From positions 608,001-672,000 of the forward strand of contig CAWCFX010000004.1 of the NCBI GenBank assembly GCA_963795085.1: a stretch of DNA of 64,000 nt, written 5' to 3'. The notes below the pieces were generated by a model. It saw only the letters and a program-made list of their open reading frames with translations, was not told the origin of the DNA and did not search any database. Source of the DNA: an uncultured Gemmatimonadales bacterium. GTDB taxonomy: Bacteria > Gemmatimonadota > Gemmatimonadetes > Gemmatimonadales > GWC2-71-9. Each line of letters starts with the position of its first letter. Position 1 is the stretch's first letter. This document shows, piece by piece, positions 57,345 to 64,000 of this stretch. The position numbers and the translations under genes are program-made.

Positions 57345-59989
57345 GGCATGCTCCCCCAGGTGGCGCGCATGGCGCGATAGGCTGGCTTGGCCCGGGTGTG
57401 CCACCGGGGAGTCTCCCACCCATTCCAGAGCCAGGCCACGAACGACTCGGCCTGCCATCGCCCGCTGGCTTCGAGGCGGGGCAGGCCGCCAACGGAGGTC
57501 CGGGGGGATCCGTCGCGATAGGTGACCAGGCCAACGCGAATGCCGCGGGCCGTCTCGGTGCCGAACCCGCCGCCCGCCGAGGTTTCGTAGAGAATGGTAT
57601 GGGTCGAGGGATCAGTCACGTTGAGGAGGCCCCATGCGATGCGGATCTGCAGCAATCCCGACCGTGGATCATAATACCAATCGGAAAGTGAAGAAGCCGA
57701 ATCGGTTCCGAATCGGAGGCGGCCGCGGTTGACGCCTTTCGCGGGATAGAAGGTCCCATCCCGTCCGTAGCGGGCCCGGTTGATACCCACGTACATGGAA
57801 TCGAATATCCCGTCGTGGCGGTCCCGGACCGTGGCCGGACGCTGGTAGAAGCGACCGATGTCGTCACGGCTCGAATCGGGTGCTCCGCCATAGGGATTGT
57901 ATTCCGGCAGCACGCGGATCTCGGCGTCTCCGGGACCCCGGAGGTCCACCAGGAACTCGAACCCGACATCACCGGAAGCCATGCCGTCAGGCAGGACGTG
58001 CTGTCCCCTCGAGGGCAACCAGGTGTCCAGCGCGACCATGACCCCTTGGGTATTCCAGGGAAACGGTCCCCGGGCGAACCGGGCCGCGAGGTAGAGGTAG
58101 CTCGCGTCCGCGCCGAGATGGAGGGCGTGGGGGACCGAGGGGGCGGCTGACGGCTCTTCGTACACGGTCTGGCCCGCCAGCCAGGGGCGGGCATCTCCCC
58201 CCAGTCTTGGCGTGGCGGCGGCTTCTCCGGCGTACACTCCGATCACCCCGTAGTTCTGCTCCGCATCCATCACGTTGTGCCAGAGGCGGTTGTTCTCGGT
58301 CGGGATTTCGAGGTCGGTCACCACCCAGTTCCGCTTGAACCATTCATCGATCCAGGCGAACAGGACGCCGCCCGCGGCCCCGCTTTCTTTTATTTCCCGG
58401 GTGAGCCGGGCGTCGATACGTGCCATGGCCCGCTCGTCGTGGCCGCCATGGTGCCAGCCCTGGGGCTGCAGGTGGGCATTGCCCCGGCTGGACGGGACGC
58501 CATACTCGGCAATGACCACCGGGATGCTCCCATGGTGGCGGACCAGTGCCTTGAGATACCCGAAGTAATTTGACCGGCCCTCGCTGGATCGGGCCAGGTT
58601 ATAGCCCGGGTCGTGGAGCAGGAAATCAGGATAGTACGGATAGGCATGGAAACTGGCGAACCACCCCGCCGGGTTGGCGGCCGTCGGACGGACCAGGGCG
58701 GCGTCGAGCCCGATCACGTCGTTCTCGTATTCGTTGATGAGATGCGCCGGTTTGCCGAGCCGGGCGCGAATCGCGGACTCCTCGCCGGTGGTGGCTTCGG
58801 TTGGATGGGTGAGGGGGTCGAGGGTGGGCCAGTTGGTGTAGGCGATGGGCCGGATCGTGTTGTACCGGTCCACCTCGTACGACAGCATGTGATCGGAGAT
58901 TTCCGCCATCCACCGGTCGGCGGCAGGAGCGGAATCGGCGCGGAGGAAGCGGCCAGCATAAGGGGCGAGGCCCGGGTTGGCCTGGTCGAAGGCCTTCACC
59001 GCGTACGGTTCCCACTCCCGCCCGACAATGTAGGCCAGCACCCAGCGGGAAACATCGGTGTCGTAGCGGCCGGCGGCATGGCCGGGGCGGGGCGGAATGT
59101 CCGCCGCGCCGTGGAGCAGGTCCACCACCCGCTCCATTTCCCGCTCAAACTCCCGTCTCCAGGGAGGATGGTTGAAATCGTCGTCGGGCGGCAGTTCCGT
59201 CCACACGCCGTGGATTACCCACAGCGGGCGCGATGGATGGGCCCGGTTCCAGGCGCCCAGCGCCCGGTAGAAATCGGGAGGATGAATCGTGTACACCCGC
59301 ACCACGTTGGCGTTCATCCCGGCCATCTGCTCGATCCAGCGGGCATAGGTGACCGAGTCTGGCGGGAATTGAGAGGGGAACTTGCCGGGCAGCGCGGCGC
59401 CCAGGTTGATACCCTTGATATAGAAAGGCCGCCAACCGCCGCGGACCGGAATCTCGAAGCGGGCACCGCGGGTTCGCGCCACCACCTGGAGGGTCTGCGG
59501 CCGTTCCCGGGGGATGGTGGCCGGGCGATCCCAGTCCGGAACGACCCGGTCGAGGAGCGCTCTTGCCGCGCTGTCGCTGGGATCGAGCGCGATCGCCCGG
59601 CGGGCCGCCGTCACGGCGGCCGCAGTGTCACCCCGTCGGTTGGCGGCCAGGGCCAGGCCGCTCCAGGCGTCGCCGTTGCCGGGGTCTCGCCCAGTGACCA
59701 GGCGGAAGAGGGAGTCGGCCCTCTCCACGCGGTCGCTCCGGAGCGCGGCATATCCGAGGCCGACCTTGGCGTCCAGGTTCCCCGCACACCGCTGGTCGGC
59801 CCGGGTAAACCGGCGATCGGCTTCGGCGATCGAATCGGCCCGGTAGGCGGCCCAGCCAGCCTCGACCTCCCGCGCGGACTCCAGGGGGCAGGCGTCCTGG
59901 GCACCTGCCGCCGGCGGGCCGAGGAGGCCGGACAGCAGGAAGAGCCAGATCCGCCCGCGCAACCGGTTCTGATATAAGTTGATAGGCAT
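57341..59989 (-). CDS. Exported TPR + clan GH-A-like TIM-barrel glycoside hydrolase
   Basis: FYIKGINLG, MNANVVRVYT, GREWE (acid/base), IAEYG (nucleophile), FAWIDEW. Confidence 0.8.
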   Translation of the reverse strand: MPINLYQNRLRGRIWLFLLSGLLGPPAAGAQDACPLESAREVEAGWAAYRADSIAEADRRFTRADQRCAGNLDAKVGLGYAALRSDRVERADSLFRLVTGRDPGNGDAWSGLALAANRRGDTAAAVTAARRAIALDPSDSAARALLDRVVPDWDRPATIPRERPQTLQVVARTRGARFEIPVRGGWRPFYIKGINLGAALPGKFPSQFPPDSVTYARWIEQMAGMNANVVRVYTIHPPDFYRALGAWNRAHPSRPLWVIHGVWTELPPDDDFNHPPWRREFEREMERVVDLLHGAADIPPRPGHAAGRYDTDVSRWVLAYIVGREWEPYAVKAFDQANPGLAPYAGRFLRADSAPAADRWMAEISDHMLSYEVDRYNTIRPIAYTNWPTLDPLTHPTEATTGEESAIRARLGKPAHLINEYENDVIGLDAALVRPTAANPAGWFASFHAYPYYPDFLLHDPGYNLARSSEGRSNYFGYLKALVRHHGSIPVVIAEYGVPSSRGNAHLQPQGWHHGGHDERAMARIDARLTREIKESGAAGGVLFAWIDEWFKRNWVVTDLEIPTENNRLWHNVMDAEQNYGVIGVYAGEAAATPRLGGDARPWLAGQTVYEEPSAAPSVPHALHLGADASYLYLAARFARGPFPWNTQGVMVALDTWLPSRGQHVLPDGMASGDVGFEFLVDLRGPGDAEIRVLPEYNPYGGAPDSSRDDIGRFYQRPATVRDRHDGIFDSMYVGINRARYGRDGTFYPAKGVNRGRLRFGTDSASSLSDWYYDPRSGLLQIRIAWGLLNVTDPSTHTILYETSAGGGFGTETARGIRVGLVTYRDGSPRTSVGGLPRLEASGRWQAESFVAWLWNGWETPRWHTRAKPAYRAMRATWGSMP

Positions 59990-60029
59990 CCCGCAGGAAA
60001 CGTAAACTGGCGAGGAGCGGAGGAGCAGC

Positions 60030-60419
60030 ATGAGCGAGGAGTCCACGACCCCGCTGGTTGGCCGGGCGCTGATCGATGCCTTCGGGAAGGGCTGGAGCCG
60101 AGGGAACATCGATGCCCTGATGGCGGTCTTTGCCCCCGAGGCGGTGTTCATCGAAACGCCCTTCTCGACGCCGCTGGCCGGCACCGAGGCGATCCGCGGA
60201 TACTGGAAGGAGATTCCCCATTACCAGTCGGAGATCACCTTCAGCAGCGGGGAGATCTACGTGGCGGGCCCATGGTTTTCCACCGAATTCAAATGTACTT
60301 TCCGGCGCCGGCGGACCGGGGAGTGGGTGGACGCCCGGGGCGCCATCTTCTGCGAGTTAGCCGGAGACCGGATCGGCGAGATGCGGATGTATTGGCACCG
60401 ATGGGGGGACAGGGGGTGA
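60030..60419 (+). CDS. NTF2/SnoaL-like protein
   Basis: FAPEAVFIE, GTEAIRGYW, IGEMRMYW; GGAGGAG SD. Confidence 0.88.
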   Translation: MSEESTTPLVGRALIDAFGKGWSRGNIDALMAVFAPEAVFIETPFSTPLAGTEAIRGYWKEIPHYQSEITFSSGEIYVAGPWFSTEFKCTFRRRRTGEWVDARGAIFCELAGDRIGEMRMYWHRWGDRG

Positions 60420-60509
60420 AGTAGGGCCAGGGGCAAGGTTCAAGACGCCCATGCTGGACCAAGCTGGTACTGACCATCATACTGCACCCGTATCCGTGTG
60501 GAGCCCCGT

Positions 60510-61256
60510 ATGCAGACCAACAGGATTGCCGTTCTCGCTGCCGCCCTGGCCCTGATGTCTTCGGCGTCGCTCCCGGCCCAGGCAGAACCCCTCGAATTGA
60601 CGGTGAGTTTTTCACCCGCCGCGAAGGCGCCCGATGTCCGGCTGGCGACCGCGGCGGATGGCTATCTGATGCTCTTCCATGTTGCGGGCGGGCGGGTGCG
60701 GGTGATGTTCCCGGGCAATCCCTCCGGATCAGCGGCGTTGCCGGCGGGGACGTACCTCCTCGAATCCCTGCAACCCGAAATGCCCTATCACATCGAATAT
60801 GGGGGTGTGATCGTCGCGGCCTGGTCCGCCCAGCCGATCCGGACCAGCGAGATGGTACGCTATGGCCACTGGGCGGTAGGCGATCTGAGCAGAAAAGCTT
60901 TCAGCCAGAGGCCCCTGACGGCGACCGCGGGTCTGGTTGAGAAATTCGGATCGGGCGAGATCGTAGTCCGGGGCGCTGAGGTTGGCCCCATAGCGGGCGC
61001 CGGTCGGCGGGCGGTCCAGCCGGCTCTGCGACAGGACCCTGACCTTGCCCGCTTCGGCTATCCGAAGCATCAGAGAGGCCGCATGTACCTGCCGCCCTGC
61101 GGGCCCGGCAGTCGTCCCGTCTCGGACGGATACGCCGATGGCTGTATCACCATTGTCAGGACGTTACCTCCTCTCCGGGTGGAGTCCCGATCTGTCCCCC
61201 CGCCTCCGCCACCCCAGCCGAGGATTGCACTTTCCGACCGGCGGCCGGCACTCTGA
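60510..61256 (+). CDS. Exported hypothetical protein (DUF4384-like)
   Basis: Signal peptide, DGYLMLFHV-GRVRVMFP, Pro-rich tail. Confidence 0.65.
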   Translation: MQTNRIAVLAAALALMSSASLPAQAEPLELTVSFSPAAKAPDVRLATAADGYLMLFHVAGGRVRVMFPGNPSGSAALPAGTYLLESLQPEMPYHIEYGGVIVAAWSAQPIRTSEMVRYGHWAVGDLSRKAFSQRPLTATAGLVEKFGSGEIVVRGAEVGPIAGAGRRAVQPALRQDPDLARFGYPKHQRGRMYLPPCGPGSRPVSDGYADGCITIVRTLPPLRVESRSVPPPPPPQPRIALSDRRPAL

Positions 61257-61260
61257 TGGC

Positions 61261-61728
61261 CTACGCGTCGGCCTTACGGCGGGCGTAGTCCATTCCCCAT
61301 TCCACCATCTCGGGGCTGCGCAGTCCGATCCGCATCGCCTGCTCCATGGCAGTATCCTCGTCCATGCCCAGGTCCAGGATGAAGTGGGGCAGGAGCGATC
61401 CGCCCACCCGGTTGCCGCTGGCGCAGTGGACAAAGATCTGCTTGCCCCCCGCGTTGCGGTACACCGCCAGGACCCGCTCCATGGTGGCATCGTTCAGGGT
61501 GGCCGAGGAGACGGGAACGTTGATGTATTCGAGGCCGGCTTTCTTGGCGAGCTCGGGCTCGTCAAAGGGCCGCCGTTCCATCGGGTCGCGAATATCGAGC
61601 AGGATCGCCACTCCGGCATCTTTCAGCGCTTGAATATGGGCGGCTCCGGGCTGGCCCCCACCCGTGATGGTGGGGGTCACCTGGCAGGCGTTGACGATAC
61701 CGGAAGCGGCGGCGAGCGGATTGGCCAT
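61261..61728 (-). CDS. Cys-phosphatase-fold protein (DUF442/beta-lactamase-hydrolase-like)
   Basis: GGQP, GLEYINVPV, CX5R motif HCASGNR. Confidence 0.85.
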   Translation of the reverse strand: MANPLAAASGIVNACQVTPTITGGGQPGAAHIQALKDAGVAILLDIRDPMERRPFDEPELAKKAGLEYINVPVSSATLNDATMERVLAVYRNAGGKQIFVHCASGNRVGGSLLPHFILDLGMDEDTAMEQAMRIGLRSPEMVEWGMDYARRKADA

Positions 61729-61735
61729 AGAAGGT

Positions 61736-61794
61736 ATTGGTGATTGGTGATGAGCCATGGGATCGTTGGTCGGCTTTCCTGACTAATCACTAAT
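61736..61794. repeat. Inverted heptamer pair ATTGGTGATTGGT / ACTAATCACTAAT
   Basis: 13-bp stem with two G-U pairs on the + strand; intergenic between crcB and the phosphatase. Confidence 0.7.
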
Positions 61795-61803
61795 CTCCCA
61801 TCG

Positions 61804-62169
61804 CTAATTCCGGTATCCTCCGGCCACTGACCAGCCCGCCAGCACGGCCCCGATTGACAGCAGGACGCTGGCGCCGATGTAACCGGCGGCTCGCGCCCAG
61901 TGACCGTCCCGGAGCATGGCCATCGCGTCATAACTGAAGGCGGAGAAGGTGGTGAACCCGCCGCAGAAACCCACGACGATCAAGGCTCTGAGTTCCGGGC
62001 GACCGCCCGGCAGCATCAACTGCCTGACCACCAGGCCCAGCAGGAAGGATCCGGCGACATTGACGGCCAGGGTGCCCCAGGGAAAGGCGGAGAACCGTTG
62101 CAGCCAGCTGCCCACCAGGTACCGACTTACACCGCCAATGGCGCTTCCGATTGCCACGTAGAGGATCAC
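61804..62169 (-). CDS. crcB: Fluoride efflux channel Fluc/CrcB
   Basis: GSAIGGVSRY, FPWGTLAVN, GFCGGFTTFSAF. Confidence 0.95.
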   Translation of the reverse strand: MILYVAIGSAIGGVSRYLVGSWLQRFSAFPWGTLAVNVAGSFLLGLVVRQLMLPGGRPELRALIVVGFCGGFTTFSAFSYDAMAMLRDGHWARAAGYIGASVLLSIGAVLAGWSVAGGYRN

Positions 62170-62263
62170 AAGTTGCCTCGGAGGATTTCGGCTGAACGGT
62201 AATCCGGGGGAGAGAGATGCCATAGAGCCGAGGCGCGTTGGCGATTGTCCCCCGACCGAGCGG

Positions 62264-62302
62264 GCCCCTTGCCCTCTGGCCCGCTTGCCCCCTTGCCCCC
62301 TT
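62264..62302 (-). repeat. Octamer repeat GCCCCCTT, about 5 units (reverse complement of the AAGGGGGC family)
   Basis: Read directly; between divergent crcB and nadE. Confidence 0.8.
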
Positions 62303-62347
62303 GTTACCCACCTGCCCCCGGGCCCACTGGGCCGCTAGTTTTGGCGG

Positions 62348-64000
62348 ATGCTTCGCCTTGCCATCGCCCAGACGCGTCCGCACAAAGGCGCCTACCGGGA
62401 GAATCTCCACCAGCTCGGCGCCCTGTTCCGGGAGGTCGGACGCTGGGCCGAACCGCCGGAGCTCCTGGTGACGCCGGAATCCGCGCTCACCGGGTATTTC
62501 CTGGAAGGCGGCGTACGCGAACTCGCGCTTTCCGCGGAGCAGCTGCTGGCGGACCTTGCGACGCAGCACGCCGCCTCCGGCGCGGCTCCCTTCGATATTG
62601 CCATTGGTTTCTACGAGGTCCATCGCAACCAGCTGTATAATTCCTGCCTCTACGCGTCGCTGGGAGGCTCCGACGCCGGTATCCGGCATATTCACAGGAA
62701 AGTCTTTCTTCCTACGTACGGGGTCTTCGACGAGGAGCGTTTCGTCGAGCCGGGCCGGAGCGTGGAAGCCTTTGATACCCGGTGGGGCCGGGCGGCGATG
62801 CTCATCTGCGAGGATGTCTGGCATTCGCTCACGCCCACGATAGCCGCGCTCGATGGTGCCCAGCTGATCATCGTGCCCAGTGCCACACCGGCTCGCGGCA
62901 TCGGGCCGGGAAGCGGCGATTCCCGCCCCGCCAACCTCGACCGCTGGGAGCGTCTGGCCCGCAGCGTGTCGGAAGAGCACGGAGTTTACGTCGTCGTCAC
63001 CCAGCTGGTCGGGTTCGAAGGCGGGAAGGGGTTTGCCGGCGGCTCCGTGCTCTCCGGCCCGCGCGGGGAGCTGCTCGCGAGGGGGCCCATCTTCGAGCCG
63101 GCCATCATTACTGCGACGCTCGACTTCGACGAAATCACCCGGGCCCGCGCCGACCAGCCGCTGCTGTCGGACCTGGAGGCCCGGCTGCCCCACCTGCTGG
63201 AGAGCTGGCAGAAAAGCCGGACTGATCGCCCGGCGCCTCCCCGCGATGGCGGCCAGGCCAAAGTGCCGCAAACCCGTCGCCCTATCACGCCGGCGATGAC
63301 CGAGGCGCCGCTGGCCATTGATGGCGCGCTGACCCAGCGGTGGCTGGTCGAGTTCATCAGGGACGAAATCGTCCGCGGGCGGCGGTTCGATAAGGTGGTG
63401 CTCGGGCTCTCGGGCGGGGTGGACAGTTCGCTCGTCGCATTCCTGGCTGCCGAAGCGTTGGGGCCCGAGAACGTCACCGCGGTGCGGATGCCCTACCGCA
63501 CCAGTAGCCCGGAGAGCCTGGCCCACGCGCAGCTGGTCATCGACCACCTGGGTATCGGGTCCCGCACGGTGGACATCTCCGCCGGGGTGGACGGGATCGC
63601 CACCGCCATTGGAGACTCGGTCAGCCCCGCCCGGCTCGGCAACGTGATGGCCCGGGCGCGTATGATCACCCTCTTCGACCTGTCCGCCGAACTGCAGGCG
63701 CTGCCGCTGGGGACGGGAAACAAGACCGAGCGGCTGCTGGGGTATTTCACCTGGCATGCCGACGACACCCCACCGGTCAACCCGATCGGCGATCTTTTCA
63801 AATCCCAGGTCTGGGACCTGGCGCGGCACGTCGGCGTCCCCGAGGTGATCGTTGCCAAGCCGGCCAGCGCCGACCTGATCAAGGGCCAGACTGACGAGGG
63901 CGATTTCGGCATTTCGTATCCCAAGGCCGACCAGATTCTCCACTGGCTGCTGCTGGGCTACCGGCCGGAAGAGATCCAGGCCGTGGGCTTTACGGCGGAA
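62348..64000 (+). CDS. nadE: Glutamine-dependent NAD+ synthetase (3' truncated; absent from the ORF track)
   Basis: My translation: MLRLAIAQ, PESALTGY, HRKVFLPTYGVFDEERF, ICED (nitrilase triad), LGLSGGVDSS, GNVMARARM, GTGNKTE, KPASADL. Confidence 0.93.
   Translation, partial: MLRLAIAQTRPHKGAYRENLHQLGALFREVGRWAEPPELLVTPESALTGYFLEGGVRELALSAEQLLADLATQHAASGAAPFDIAIGFYEVHRNQLYNSCLYASLGGSDAGIRHIHRKVFLPTYGVFDEERFVEPGRSVEAFDTRWGRAAMLICEDVWHSLTPTIAALDGAQLIIVPSATPARGIGPGSGDSRPANLDRWERLARSVSEEHGVYVVVTQLVGFEGGKGFAGGSVLSGPRGELLARGPIFEPAIITATLDFDEITRARADQPLLSDLEARLPHLLESWQKSRTDRPAPPRDGGQAKVPQTRRPITPAMTEAPLAIDGALTQRWLVEFIRDEIVRGRRFDKVVLGLSGGVDSSLVAFLAAEALGPENVTAVRMPYRTSSPESLAHAQLVIDHLGIGSRTVDISAGVDGIATAIGDSVSPARLGNVMARARMITLFDLSAELQALPLGTGNKTERLLGYFTWHADDTPPVNPIGDLFKSQVWDLARHVGVPEVIVAKPASADLIKGQTDEGDFGISYPKADQILHWLLLGYRPEEIQAVGFTAE

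Noticed and set aside
216..60184. Long N-terminal extensions in the ORF track (e.g. 216, 2372, 6312, 12836, 21018, 24712, 27787, 31572, 47387, 49805, 60184)
   Set aside because: They run through neighbouring genes; downstream starts with an SD, a stop/start overlap or the family-typical N-terminus fit better
62170..62260. Fluoride riboswitch upstream of crcB
   Set aside because: The conserved GGCGATGG and GCTGATGAC elements are not visible on the minus strand; an Infernal search would settle it
381..63943. Long antisense or alternate-frame ORFs (e.g. 381..2609-, 8964..10592-, 25419..26951-, 28387..30336+, 32258..34078+, 51990..54227+, 61928..63943-)
   Set aside because: They shadow well-supported genes, have no recognisable motifs and are expected in high-GC DNA

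Overview
High-GC bacterial chromosomal window. The Ser/Thr kinase N-terminus and the gene set suggest Gemmatimonadota (inference). It holds about 57 CDS, one frameshifted ankyrin gene and one tRNA-Asn. I found no transposase, integrase or CRISPR array. Main blocks: alpha-2-macroglobulin/pbpC; a 9-gene arginine operon; two hybrid sensor kinases; a sulfotransferase-like/class IV aminotransferase pair; Xdh/Cox accessory genes; pit/DUF47/ppaX; an N6-adenine MTase plus SNF2 helicase; an MntR-type regulator with a two-domain multicopper oxidase, ZIP transporter and outer-membrane protein; a MacB-type ABC cluster; a TPR-glycoside hydrolase/TPR-beta-barrel pair; crcB; and partial nadE. Best candidates for new biology: (1) the arg operon has an N-succinylornithine-type transcarbamylase, no argA or argJ, and an embedded DUF1611-like P-loop protein that may be the missing N-acyl-glutamate synthase; (2) one MacB/FtsX permease appears split across two genes, with its N-half fused to an AttH/lipocalin-like domain; (3) intergenic 7-8-mer tandem repeats show a consistent strand polarity relative to gene ends. 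All family assignments come from reading motifs by eye; no database search was run.
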